Positions 30,242 to 40,077 of a DNA stretch of 59,296 nt are shown here, in pieces. The stretch lies in IMG/VR virus record IMGVR_UViG_3300017745_000006, positions 1 through 59,296 of that record. One strand, written 5' to 3'. The translations under genes were made by a program, and so were the position numbers. Below the pieces are notes generated by a model. The model was not told where the DNA came from, searched no databases, and saw nothing but the letters and a program-made list of their open reading frames with translations. The stretch comes from a virus. Lineage: Duplodnaviria; Caudoviricetes. Each line of letters starts with the position of its first letter. The stretch's first letter is position 1.

Positions 30242-33235
30242 GTGAGTAGTTTGTACCGTTGCCGCGCAAGAGTGGCATATAAGCCAAAGAAAAGCAAGAA
30301 AATAATTATATTTGAGGAGCAGCAGATTGCCTCAATTATAACAAAACTTGAAGTTCCTTTTAGCGGAGCGGATCAAAACGTATCTGGTTCTTTAGAGGGC
30401 GCGTTTAATAGGGAGGGTAACACTTGCACCGTTGTCCTTAACGATCCCTTTTTAGACGGGGTGGTGTGGCGAGCTCTTAGGGATGTCGATAGAGCTGCAT
30501 CAATGAGCAACGTGGCCTCGTTGGAAGGAGTGTTGTTACCTCAGTGCAAAGAAGGAGAAAGCCCGGAAACTACAAAATGTGCAAAGTACTCATTTCTTGA
30601 CGATCCTGCTACAGGAGACGTGTATGACAACGAACCAATTTTAATAATTACTCTGTGGTACACTTTAGAAGGGATAAATGAGACAAACTCTATCACTCTT
30701 TACTACAAAATAGTAGGTGTAAAAGCTACTCATGGCGCCGGCGTTGATCCGCAGGTTACGTTAAACGGGAGAAGCGTTTACGAAGTTATTTTTCAGGAAA
30801 ACGTGAATCCTAAGTTTTTTGAAAAAGATGCAGTGCTTGTTGACGAACTTAATAAAAAAGTATTTAACCCACAAGGATTTAAAGTGGAAGATGTTTGTGC
30901 CACTCCTGCCGACGAGATAAAAAATGAAAGGACATATAGAGTTAACGGGCTAACAAGCAAAGAGATGATAAATAAATTTTTATCAGAAACAGAAGATTCC
31001 CAAGTTTTAAACCTTCCTACAAAAGAATTCGGAAATAATATCCAGATCTGCTCAAAGGGAGATAGCACTTGTTATGGCTCTAGGGTGTTTTATCTGGGCA
31101 AGGGGCTTTATAACAACTACAAGATTAACTCACAGATCCCCTCAAGTAAGGCAGAACGAGTCGTCTCTCAAGCAACTGTCCCTCCTTCTTTGCCTGGCGA
31201 GGCAAAAACAGGAGATAAGAGAGAGTACCAGCTAAGCGCCGGGATGGACAAAAAAACTACAAAAGAGAAGCTAAGTAAAGTATCTCCTCAGGCTTTTGTA
31301 AAGCCAGCAAATCTATTTAAAAACCTAGAGGATTATGGTACGGGAGACGGAGGAAATGGCTGGAAAGGCTCTGGTAAAGGTGACTCTTTTTCTTTAGAAA
31401 AGATAGAGAAGAAAAAACTATTTGGCTCTGTGGAAAGCTCGGAATCATTTCTAGGTGGTGAAGTAATCGAAGTTGGGGAAGCATTTATAAAAATACGCAC
31501 TGCATATTATATCCACTTATGCAACGAGAGCAGAAAATGTTTTAGGCTGAATGTGCACGAAGAGTACAGAAAACTCAAGTCGGTCTCTGTGAAAGAAAAA
31601 GATATAATAGAACCAGGTGGGTCTATAGGCGAGGCGAATACCGAAGACCCTCAGGAATCTACAGAATTCAGATACTTTGCCAACGCAAAGAGCGAAGGCT
31701 TTATTGTTCTAGACCCTGGGTCTTTAAAAGACGCAATGACTGTGTCTGAAAAGGGGTCAATAGACAACATTGAAGGGGCACCTACAAACAATTCTGCAGA
31801 CGGGGTTTTTGTTGGTAACGTTGGAAGTACAGGTAAATCGGAAGGGCCGCATCTTCACGCTGAGCTGGGTCCATTTACAAAACCTGGAGGAAGAGGACAA
31901 CCTCTAACAGCCGCTGATGTCGATCCTTATGTCCGCATTGGTGGCCTACCAGCAAGTAAATGGGGAGGGGTATATTCTCCGTATGGACCGAGAAGAAGCG
32001 GGTTTCATTACGGCATAGACATTTCTGGCCCCGGGCCCGGTGGCAAAAGCATTAATGGCCAACCGATAACTATCGGAGGAGGCGCAACTATTGTCGTGTC
32101 GGGGTCCGATGGCGGATACGGTAACAAGGTGATTATTAAAAGACCAGACGGAAGGGAGTTATTACTCGCTCACCTCCAAAACGATTCTATTCCTGCAGAT
32201 CTTCCTAAAAACTCTACAGGTACATTTTCAAATACCGGGAAACCGCAAGGTGGCGGGCCGGGAACTGCAGGGGTGGCAAAAGACGGCGTAAAGCTTGAAA
32301 CTGAATTTAAAGGAGTCCCTAAGTCCCTAGAGATACTACCAGGTCGTACTGTGCTCTCTTTTATCTCTAATTATGATAGTTGGATTGAGAACAATAAGTC
32401 TAACACGGTTGATCCTGGAGTCTGGATCCCAGAGCTCTATAAAAACTGGATGGTTACTGGTACGACCTTTAATTGGGACAACGGAGACTTAAAAGTCAAA
32501 CTCTCTTGTAATAGAAAATGGAATGTTTCAAGAGACACGTTTTTAAATAATATTCCTAGCTTTGCCCAGTATAACTCTGATGGCAAATATTCTGACTATT
32601 ATGACTATATAAGATCGAGTGGGGATCTATGTTACACAACTGCCGGCGGCAAGAACTCCTGCGCAGAATTTTGTAGGAAAAAAGAGAGCTCAAGTAGTAC
32701 CGGGGGCGGAAGTGGGTCACCAGACGTAACTACTTCTTATCCGCAAGGCAAATTTATTTACACATGCAATCAATACAACTCTGGTAAGGTCCAGGCTTTA
32801 TTAGATGCAGGATCAGCTCTAGGAGTGACTAATAAAGCAGGTCTGGCAGGTATCGTTAGCGGAGCGCTGCAAGAAAGTACTTCTGCTTTAGACCCTACGA
32901 TTATAAGTGGAGTATCTGGAGAAAGTAGCCAAGGTATATTTCAATGGAACCCAGCTGTTGGCCGCTTACAGGATCTTAAGAAGTGGGCGAGCGACAACGG
33001 ATTTAACTATCTAGACTTTAACACCCAGGTAAATTATTTTGTATATGACGTTAAGCGTGGCTATCCTAACTTAGTCCCAGCTTTAAATAGCGCAACTACT
33101 CCCTTCGGTGCTGCAAACGCGTTTGACGTAAATTACACTATCTCTGGGGATAGAGACAAGGGGCCTAACTGGCCACAAAACCAAAACCGGACCGCTTTTG
33201 TTAATAACATACTAGAGTGCATGACTGAACCATGA
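30242..33235 (+). CDS. Baseplate-hub-like tail protein carrying M23 peptidase and phage tail lysozyme domains
   Basis: GSTGKSEGPHLH and HYGIDI...GGYGNKVII (M23); C-terminal AGIVSGALQES..LDP...GIFQW...R (tail lysozyme type). Hub role inferred from size and context. Confidence 0.8.
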   Translation: MSSLYRCRARVAYKPKKSKKIIIFEEQQIASIITKLEVPFSGADQNVSGSLEGAFNREGNTCTVVLNDPFLDGVVWRALRDVDRAASMSNVASLEGVLLPQCKEGESPETTKCAKYSFLDDPATGDVYDNEPILIITLWYTLEGINETNSITLYYKIVGVKATHGAGVDPQVTLNGRSVYEVIFQENVNPKFFEKDAVLVDELNKKVFNPQGFKVEDVCATPADEIKNERTYRVNGLTSKEMINKFLSETEDSQVLNLPTKEFGNNIQICSKGDSTCYGSRVFYLGKGLYNNYKINSQIPSSKAERVVSQATVPPSLPGEAKTGDKREYQLSAGMDKKTTKEKLSKVSPQAFVKPANLFKNLEDYGTGDGGNGWKGSGKGDSFSLEKIEKKKLFGSVESSESFLGGEVIEVGEAFIKIRTAYYIHLCNESRKCFRLNVHEEYRKLKSVSVKEKDIIEPGGSIGEANTEDPQESTEFRYFANAKSEGFIVLDPGSLKDAMTVSEKGSIDNIEGAPTNNSADGVFVGNVGSTGKSEGPHLHAELGPFTKPGGRGQPLTAADVDPYVRIGGLPASKWGGVYSPYGPRRSGFHYGIDISGPGPGGKSINGQPITIGGGATIVVSGSDGGYGNKVIIKRPDGRELLLAHLQNDSIPADLPKNSTGTFSNTGKPQGGGPGTAGVAKDGVKLETEFKGVPKSLEILPGRTVLSFISNYDSWIENNKSNTVDPGVWIPELYKNWMVTGTTFNWDNGDLKVKLSCNRKWNVSRDTFLNNIPSFAQYNSDGKYSDYYDYIRSSGDLCYTTAGGKNSCAEFCRKKESSSSTGGGSGSPDVTTSYPQGKFIYTCNQYNSGKVQALLDAGSALGVTNKAGLAGIVSGALQESTSALDPTIISGVSGESSQGIFQWNPAVGRLQDLKKWASDNGFNYLDFNTQVNYFVYDVKRGYPNLVPALNSATTPFGAANAFDVNYTISGDRDKGPNWPQNQNRTAFVNNILECMTEP

Positions 33236-33837
33236 TACCAATAACAGCACTCGCTCAGTTTGTATTGGGTATGGCCTTAGATTCTGCTAAAGATGCTTTT
33301 AAAAATCAAGCCAAAGAGCTACAAAAAGACCTAGAAAGACGCCAGCAACTCCAAGTTGCCAAGGCACTAATCGCAGAGCAAGTTGCCCGAGCGTATTCCG
33401 ACCAAGTCAAAACAATATCTGAAGGGTACATAACTGCACTCCAAAACTCTACGCTAGATTTAGAATTTTCAGAAAATGAAGGAGATAAACTAACACTTTT
33501 AGCCGAGGGTGCCCTACGTAAACTCGAAGTATTTCTTGATAGGCAAAACCCTGAAGGCCCTATAATCCAGTTTCTTCAAAAGAGATACGAAGAAGAAAAT
33601 ATTAGGCGGATAACAGGAAGGTTATTTGCGGGACACTACGTAAACCGCAAAGGAACAGGGTTGTATAGCATATATAATAAGATGGGGTACGCTCCTATAG
33701 TCGATAAAAATAAGCCGTGGCTAAGCAGCGGGACAACCGCCCAAGGCATCGGGGAAATAGTAGCGGAAAAAGCAGACGAGCTATTTGAGCAAGCTTTTAA
33801 TATCGATCTTACAGAAGAAGAGGTCAGAAGAACTTAG
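33232..33837 (+). CDS. Putative neck/tail-completion protein
   Basis: ATGA-coupled; ITGRL...IYN..GYAPIVD resembles virion morphogenesis proteins (weak). Confidence 0.5.
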   Translation: MIPITALAQFVLGMALDSAKDAFKNQAKELQKDLERRQQLQVAKALIAEQVARAYSDQVKTISEGYITALQNSTLDLEFSENEGDKLTLLAEGALRKLEVFLDRQNPEGPIIQFLQKRYEEENIRRITGRLFAGHYVNRKGTGLYSIYNKMGYAPIVDKNKPWLSSGTTAQGIGEIVAEKADELFEQAFNIDLTEEEVRRT

Positions 33838-34544
33838 CCATAGTACTTAGATCCTTTCTTTAGGTTCTCTGTGGCGTTAAGAACTTGCAGCGAGGCATTC
33901 ATCATGTGGTAATCAAAGAAAGACTCCGCTAAGTCGGTGTCTTTGAAATAACATTTTGTTCCCCTACAATACACATCAACGTTTTCTAGGTCTATTTTAT
34001 AGTCTCTGCAAAACTCCTCTACAATGTTTTTAAAAGCGTACCTATGGTCAATATGAAATTCCCCCGCGTTAATTACTTGCCCTGAGACCGCGCATTTAAT
34101 TTTATGCCCAAGCGGCCCTTGAAGCTGACGCAAGACGCTTTTCCTATATGAAATTATTTGCGGCTCTATGATTTGTCTCATGGCCACTAGAGCTTCTTTC
34201 TTGTTCTTTTTATACTCGGGGATCTCTTTCTTTCTAGGAAACAGCTCCTCTACAATCTTTCCCTTACCGAGCCACACCTCTCTTTTAGAACGGGGGGTGA
34301 TCATCACTACACCTCTTACGGCTCGGCCTTGGAACTTCTTATTTCTTATTTTATATCTAAGCCCTTCTCTAGAATGAAGCGTTTTCCACTTCTCAATCTT
34401 ACCCACTACATCATGGATAAAATCAAGATCTGGAGGTTTTACAAAGTAGTTGCATTCCGTGCTTTTGACGACTTGGCTCCACTTTTCTTCAAACTTTGTT
34501 TTTGTATAGTCTTGTCCCAAGACTCGAACGACTTGTCTGCCCAT
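33834..34544 (-). CDS. Basic protein with HNH-like (beta-beta-alpha-metal) C-terminal domain
   Basis: CAVSG...FHIDH..F...FFDYH...LQVL...ENLKKG. Confidence 0.65.
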   Translation of the reverse strand: MGRQVVRVLGQDYTKTKFEEKWSQVVKSTECNYFVKPPDLDFIHDVVGKIEKWKTLHSREGLRYKIRNKKFQGRAVRGVVMITPRSKREVWLGKGKIVEELFPRKKEIPEYKKNKKEALVAMRQIIEPQIISYRKSVLRQLQGPLGHKIKCAVSGQVINAGEFHIDHRYAFKNIVEEFCRDYKIDLENVDVYCRGTKCYFKDTDLAESFFDYHMMNASLQVLNATENLKKGSKYYG

Positions 34545-35227
34545 AAGATGTAGTTGATTAGCTTTGTCGAGTACGACTTAATATCATCAATGTTTTTAAG
34601 ATGAGAGTTTTTACGAAGCAAAGTGGAAACCGACCTTTTCTTAACAAGATAATCTATTAAAAACGTCTCGTCGTTCTTCTCTAGATCTGTGATCCTAAAT
34701 AAAAGTTCTTTATGATTGGTTAGTAGTTCTCCAAAGCCAATTTCAGAATCTTCTGTTGAATCCATTACACAGTTTTGTTCTGTTACTGGATTAAAACTCA
34801 TGGTAAATGCAGTACGAACCGTGTCTACTTTTTTAACCGGTATTTGTAAGTCGTCCGCAATTTCTTGGTTTGTTATATTAGGATTCTTAATCAGATATTT
34901 CCTAATCTTTAAATATAAGTCAGAATAAGACCTAGGCATCTTTACTAACCTAGAGCTATCTCTGAGATAATTTAACATGTGAAACTGTAAGCATCTATTA
35001 ACCCAGGTGGAAAAGTTTGCTCCTTTACTCTGATCCCAGGTATCATAAATACGTACAATGTACTCTAAAGCTGCATCCCTGAGCTCTTCAAACGGCAACC
35101 CTGTAAAGTTAGAAATCTTTCTAGCAACCTGATCAGCCTTCCACATCTGTGATATGATATGCTCATCTCGAAGATCTCGGGCCCTTTTTGACCTAATTCT
35201 AGGCTTTGCTATAGGCACATCATTCAT
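34439..35227 (-). CDS. Phage RNA polymerase sigma factor (sigma70 family, group 3/SigF-like)
   Basis: Region 2 (LPFEELRDAA...YDTWDQSKGANFSTWVNRCLQFHMLNYLRD..RLVKMPR) and region 3 HTH (TNQEIADDLQIPVKKV); region 4 poorly recognisable. Confidence 0.9.
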   Translation of the reverse strand: MNDVPIAKPRIRSKRARDLRDEHIISQMWKADQVARKISNFTGLPFEELRDAALEYIVRIYDTWDQSKGANFSTWVNRCLQFHMLNYLRDSSRLVKMPRSYSDLYLKIRKYLIKNPNITNQEIADDLQIPVKKVDTVRTAFTMSFNPVTEQNCVMDSTEDSEIGFGELLTNHKELLFRITDLEKNDETFLIDYLVKKRSVSTLLRKNSHLKNIDDIKSYSTKLINYILWADKSFESWDKTIQKQSLKKSGAKSSKARNATTL

Positions 35228-35537
35228 TTTTAATTGCTTCCAGTATAAAAGTTTTGAGCTGACCCGCAGGCATAATGCCTTCAGTATTCAGCCCAAGAAG
35301 AGTTCCTTCGTTGTTGAAAATAGCAAAGTTAGGAGTGCCATCGCACTCGATTTTATCACAAAATTCCCAGTCATCGGAAGTAACATCCCATTCACCAAAA
35401 CCCGCGTTGTAATGCGGGAATTCTTCGCTAACTTCGTTAGCAACTTGAGCCCAGATAGGGCGCATAGCTTCACAAGCTGCACAGCTTGGTTGCTTAAAAA
35501 ATACTATTCTGTATTTAAATTTAGGTTTTTCTGACAT
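35220..35537 (-). CDS. Thioredoxin-fold protein
   Basis: FFKQPSCAACEAMRP CxxC and GTP cis-proline motif. Confidence 0.85.
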   Translation of the reverse strand: MSEKPKFKYRIVFFKQPSCAACEAMRPIWAQVANEVSEEFPHYNAGFGEWDVTSDDWEFCDKIECDGTPNFAIFNNEGTLLGLNTEGIMPAGQLKTFILEAIKNE

Positions 35538-35605
35538 AATTATTACTTATAAGTAAATAAACGCGTGCGCTCGTCGTTATTGTATAAAAACCTACGACTT
35601 TTCTA

Positions 35606-35614
35606 ATTATACCA
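35606..35614 (-). promoter_or_regulatory. Extended -10 sigma70-type promoter (TGGTATAAT) for thioredoxin-sigma-nuclease unit
   Basis: Minus strand catggTATAATtag, 68 nt upstream of the thioredoxin ATG. Confidence 0.55.
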
Positions 35615-35618
35615 TGCG

Positions 35619-37214
35619 CTAAAGATAACGCACACCCCCGGCGTTTCTTACATTTCTCTTATCTCCGAGCAAATTAGATAGAGAAGAAGACTTCCTAGGA
35701 TTAGAAGACGTAGAAGAGTCGTAGGCCAATTTAGGTAAAGAAGACCTAATACCACCAGAGCTTAATTTACCTCCCATAAGCTCGTCTCTATACACTGTGA
35801 CTCCGTATACAAATGCATCTACAAAATCATCATTTTTAATAAAAGGGAAAGAAGTTAGTTCGTTAATTCTATCTTGTAGATTGGGGATATTTTCGTAAAG
35901 ACTTACGGCACCTTCTTCTACAAGAGGAGCAACAGAGTTTGCTCTTAGTACTTTATCTTTAGACGGTATGATTTCTTTGATCTGGATAGATAGAGAACTT
36001 CTAAGCGATTGTATCAAAGGAACCCCACTAGCCCTTCCTTCAATGTACAAGCATCTAATTTTCCATTGTTTTACAACTTGAGGTATAAGTTTTTGAAGGT
36101 CTGGAAACTCCATTCTCTCCATAACAACGTGCAAGAGCCTTAAGCTCTTATCTTTTGCTAATCCCCAAACACAAATAGCAGTAAAGTCATTCATACTAGT
36201 TGCTTTATAAGCCGTGTCCACAGTTGCGTAGATATAGGAGTATCTCTCTTGTTTCTCATAGGTTCCTAGCCAGTGTTCTTTAAATATAGCACCGGCATCA
36301 CCTGCAGGTTGGCCTTGGTACAACGAGTTAAAATCCCTCTCCCCAATAGACTTTTTAATTGCGTTTAAGTTCTCTAAAGGGAAAAACTCTGGCCAATGAG
36401 ACTCACCTAACTTTCTGCCTAGCGAGTCGTTTTCCTCATCGACACAGATCGCTGGGACATTAAGCTCTCTCCAGTTATCCCTGTCGGCACTAAGCAGTCG
36501 GCCAATCACATCATCGCAATGAAACCTTGTGCCCATGGAGATGATCGCATGGTTTGGCAGACCTCGAGTCAAGAACTGAGCCTGAACCCAGCTAAATGTG
36601 CTCTCCATAATAGTCAATGAGTTACCATCAGCCAAAAGGTCATCAAGTAGACCGACACCAGGTAGGTCCTGGTCGTCGATGACTCCATATCCAAATCCGG
36701 TGACGCTACTTCCTGCAGAAGCAACCTTGATCAACCCTCCGTTTTCTGTCCTAAGAGCGGTAAGGTTGCACTTCTCTTTATTAACCTCGCATTCTGGAAA
36801 TATCCAAGCAAACTTCTCAGAAGTTATGTAGTCCATCACCGCCCTAGAGTTCTCTGTAGACAGACCTAAAGCGTAAGAGCTCATAATAAACTGAGCCGTA
36901 GGACTTCGCCCTATCTGCCAGGCCGGAAAAATCCGGCTAATAAGCATGGACTTACCCGTCCTTGGTGGGAGAGATATAGCGCTCCGCATGTAATCTTTAT
37001 TACCATCTCCAATGTTTTGAAGATAGGTACATATGAGTTCGTGGACTGGATAAGATTTAAATTGTAAGTCTGTAATTACTTTTGCAAAAGCAACAAAGTC
37101 TGTACGGCACTTAAGCCTAAGAAGCTCTTCTTTGTCTTTTGAAGAAAGGCTGTTGCCCTTCTTTTGCATATCAGCTACAATCTCCTTCTCCTTTTCTAGC
37201 TCTTTCTTGTTCAT
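35619..37214 (-). CDS. terL: Terminase large subunit
   Basis: SLPPRTGKS Walker A, LLDD Walker B, GTRFH.DD, LYQGQP and RNase-H-like VDTA...D.TA...DDFVDA; start at 37214 or 37241. Confidence 0.93.
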   Translation of the reverse strand: MNKKELEKEKEIVADMQKKGNSLSSKDKEELLRLKCRTDFVAFAKVITDLQFKSYPVHELICTYLQNIGDGNKDYMRSAISLPPRTGKSMLISRIFPAWQIGRSPTAQFIMSSYALGLSTENSRAVMDYITSEKFAWIFPECEVNKEKCNLTALRTENGGLIKVASAGSSVTGFGYGVIDDQDLPGVGLLDDLLADGNSLTIMESTFSWVQAQFLTRGLPNHAIISMGTRFHCDDVIGRLLSADRDNWRELNVPAICVDEENDSLGRKLGESHWPEFFPLENLNAIKKSIGERDFNSLYQGQPAGDAGAIFKEHWLGTYEKQERYSYIYATVDTAYKATSMNDFTAICVWGLAKDKSLRLLHVVMERMEFPDLQKLIPQVVKQWKIRCLYIEGRASGVPLIQSLRSSLSIQIKEIIPSKDKVLRANSVAPLVEEGAVSLYENIPNLQDRINELTSFPFIKNDDFVDAFVYGVTVYRDELMGGKLSSGGIRSSLPKLAYDSSTSSNPRKSSSLSNLLGDKRNVRNAGGVRYL

Positions 37215-40077
37215 TGTTAATTTGCTGTAGTAAAGAATCAAACTCGCCAGAGTTAAGTTGGTTTGTAGAAAGGGAGTTAATTATGCCTCCGGTTTTGCTT
37301 GTGAAATCTTGGTAGATGTAATTGACTGTATCTTCTTCTGGCTGATTTAAATTTAATTTCGCTGATAGTGAGTCGTTAAGCACTTTAGACTCATTATTTC
37401 TTGTTGTAAGATCGCTGAATGGGGCATCTAACGTGGGGTCAAGCGTAGAGAGTATTTTTAAAGCCTCTAGAATCGTTTTAATTAGGTTTAAAATTGCTTT
37501 TGTTCTAGATTTCTTATAGTAGGCTGGGATTGTTTTAGTATGGGTAAAAGTCTTTGCAAGAGCAGGTGTAATTACAGCCATACCCCTTCCCCCCTCTTTT
37601 TGCTTATCTAACTTCAAGACTATCTTGTAAAGATCTCTAATAGCCTGCGCCTGGGTAGCTGCGTCCGTGGTCACGTTTGTAAGTAACGCTTCCTTCCCCC
37701 CAGTTATCAGGTTGTTCATGAAATTCTTAGATCCTAATAGCTCAAGATTTTGTATGAGTTCCATCAAACTCATGTTGTTGTCCGCTACTTTAAATACTTT
37801 TTCAATCGCCTCCATTGAGTAGATTATCTCAGCGTCGCGGTCTTCTCCCTCAGCACCTCCCTTAAAGGCCGCTTCAAGTTTCCCACTTAAATCGTTAACT
37901 CTATCTACAGACTCGATTATGGAAGTAAGGTTAAATGGATTTTTAGGTATGAGTTCTCCTCCTATCCCAGTGGAAACCAACCCTAAGGCTTTTGCTAGAG
38001 GGTTATCTAGGTTATTTAAGATATCGTTGCCGGCTAAATACACATTAGAGTTATCTAGAGTAACATTACCACAAGGATCCAACAGCCTATTCCCGTCGCT
38101 ATCTACCCCGTGCTCTGTTTTTCTGCACTTAGGACTACATGGGCACGGATCACCGCCCCCACCACCAAACAAACCTCCAAGGGCTCCAAGAGCTCCTCCC
38201 CCGCCTAATATCGAAGCGAGCGGATTCTTTCCGCCTAGTAACGCGGTAACGGCAGTGAATCCTAAACCTCCTGGTAAGGCCAATGCCAAAGGTCCGCCCA
38301 GCCCGGCGGCTCCTAATAAGGAGGAGGCCGTGGTAGGAAGGCCGGGCACTAGTGATGCAAAGGTACCGATATTACTAAAGTCTTGGAAAAGTTTTCCTAC
38401 TTCGCCAAATGACCCAGAGCCGATCGCGCTTGTGAGTCCTTCAAGATCAACTCCTCCAAAATCTATACCACCTGCGATGCTATTTACAACTTCAGACAAA
38501 CCTCCGTTTGTTGCTGATTGAAGTATTGCATTTAAATCAGCCGGGGCGTTTCCTAAATCTAATCCACTAATAGCAAACTTAACTGCTTCGTTTACTGGGA
38601 AGGGTATTATGTCGCCGGCGTTAGCGACCGCAGCGTTGAGCCCGCCCAATGGTCCGTCTACCAATGTAGCATTAATTATACTACCTACCTGCGGAGGGAA
38701 AGAACCTATTGATTGGTTAGTCGCGCTAGACCCTGTTTTTTGTAAAATGCCTCCAAGATTTCCACCTGCAGAAACAATCTGAGCGATCTCTGGGCCAAGC
38801 TTATCAAGAAAGTTTTGAGCCGTTGCCACATCACCACTTCTAAGTATAGCATCAAGGCCGGATATATTTAAATCTTGGCTTTGGAGAAACCCGGCAGCTA
38901 CCTGCGTTGCTAAATCTACTGGAAGTTGTCCAGTAGCCAAGCCCTCCACGGCGTTAAACGCTTGAGCAATAGCTTCATTTGTAAACCCTGGGACCGCGCC
39001 AGAAAGAGCCTGTTCTATCATCCCTCCAGCTAAGTCCATATTTCCTATAATAGGACTCGTAACGGCGCCTGAAGCAAATTCCAACCCCAAATTTAAAAGA
39101 GTATTAGGTTTTACAGGGGATTTACCCCGCCCTAATATCTCTGTTTTCGCCATCACGGGGTCTTTATCTTCAAACTTAAGCGCGGTTCTTGTGCCGTACT
39201 TAACCCACTTCATCTTTCTATCTACCCTAAGGCAAATCGTCATCTCTGAGTTACCGCCATCGTCTGCAATAGATGTCATCCCATGAATTTTTTCTGTGCA
39301 CTTGGGCAGAGTACCTCTTGCGTTCCATGGCAAAGTACTGGCGCTCACCCAGGCCCAGTCTTTATTCTCGTCTCTGCGACAAACTAGGGTTTTCTGAGGT
39401 AAGTCTCTATCTTCAGAGTATTCGATCATCTCGCCCGACAGAGCCTCAGAACATGTCGGTTGTGGCCTTTTTTGGTGAACTACATCGCTCCCCTCTGCGG
39501 TTTTGGGGTCGGTTTCTCTTTCAATTATCAAGCCACGAGTTAAGTTCTTCCATTCCCAAACATCTTTATCAGGACCAGTTTGTCTGTTGTTTCTTCTAAT
39601 ACAAACTTTCAGATCTTGGGTGACGTTTCCAGAAAAAATATACGCCCTACCTTCGTTGTTCTTGTTGCATTTAGCACCTGGATCTTCTGTGTTTGTTATA
39701 TCAGAGACATCTATAGTCGGGATTGTAATAGGTGTCTGGGATATCACCTGATTATACGTTGTGTCGTTAAATAACCCGGCCACCACAGAGTTGTCTGGGC
39801 TCCCGCTTATCGCAATTACAATACATTTCGACCCTATATACTGAGTAGATAAAATGCCTCTTCCTACTCCAAGAACAGGGATCCAATCGGACTTAGCATC
39901 TACAGAGTCCTCTCCAAAAAGAACCCTGACTCTTCCTAAATTTTCTGGGTCTTCTACATCGGAAATAGTTGCAGGTAGGTTTAAAATCTCGGTATCCAGC
40001 CCTCCGGTACTCTTAACGTAGCGTTCAAGGGCCGCACTAACACCTACTAGATTAGAGGCTATTTGTGATTCACTCAT
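37171..40077 (-). CDS. Baseplate central spike (gpV/gp5/VgrG OB-fold N-terminus) with long C-terminal extension
   Basis: ISDVEDPENLGRVRVLF...SDWIPV...IGSKCIVIAISGSPDNSVVAG. Confidence 0.8.
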   Translation of the reverse strand: MSESQIASNLVGVSAALERYVKSTGGLDTEILNLPATISDVEDPENLGRVRVLFGEDSVDAKSDWIPVLGVGRGILSTQYIGSKCIVIAISGSPDNSVVAGLFNDTTYNQVISQTPITIPTIDVSDITNTEDPGAKCNKNNEGRAYIFSGNVTQDLKVCIRRNNRQTGPDKDVWEWKNLTRGLIIERETDPKTAEGSDVVHQKRPQPTCSEALSGEMIEYSEDRDLPQKTLVCRRDENKDWAWVSASTLPWNARGTLPKCTEKIHGMTSIADDGGNSEMTICLRVDRKMKWVKYGTRTALKFEDKDPVMAKTEILGRGKSPVKPNTLLNLGLEFASGAVTSPIIGNMDLAGGMIEQALSGAVPGFTNEAIAQAFNAVEGLATGQLPVDLATQVAAGFLQSQDLNISGLDAILRSGDVATAQNFLDKLGPEIAQIVSAGGNLGGILQKTGSSATNQSIGSFPPQVGSIINATLVDGPLGGLNAAVANAGDIIPFPVNEAVKFAISGLDLGNAPADLNAILQSATNGGLSEVVNSIAGGIDFGGVDLEGLTSAIGSGSFGEVGKLFQDFSNIGTFASLVPGLPTTASSLLGAAGLGGPLALALPGGLGFTAVTALLGGKNPLASILGGGGALGALGGLFGGGGGDPCPCSPKCRKTEHGVDSDGNRLLDPCGNVTLDNSNVYLAGNDILNNLDNPLAKALGLVSTGIGGELIPKNPFNLTSIIESVDRVNDLSGKLEAAFKGGAEGEDRDAEIIYSMEAIEKVFKVADNNMSLMELIQNLELLGSKNFMNNLITGGKEALLTNVTTDAATQAQAIRDLYKIVLKLDKQKEGGRGMAVITPALAKTFTHTKTIPAYYKKSRTKAILNLIKTILEALKILSTLDPTLDAPFSDLTTRNNESKVLNDSLSAKLNLNQPEEDTVNYIYQDFTSKTGGIINSLSTNQLNSGEFDSLLQQINNEQERARKGEGDCS

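Noticed and set aside
37919-38521. 200-aa Pro-rich plus-strand ORF, and the many other antisense ORFs inside long genes
   Set aside because: Antisense shadow of Gly-rich codons in the spike gene; no independent expression signals.
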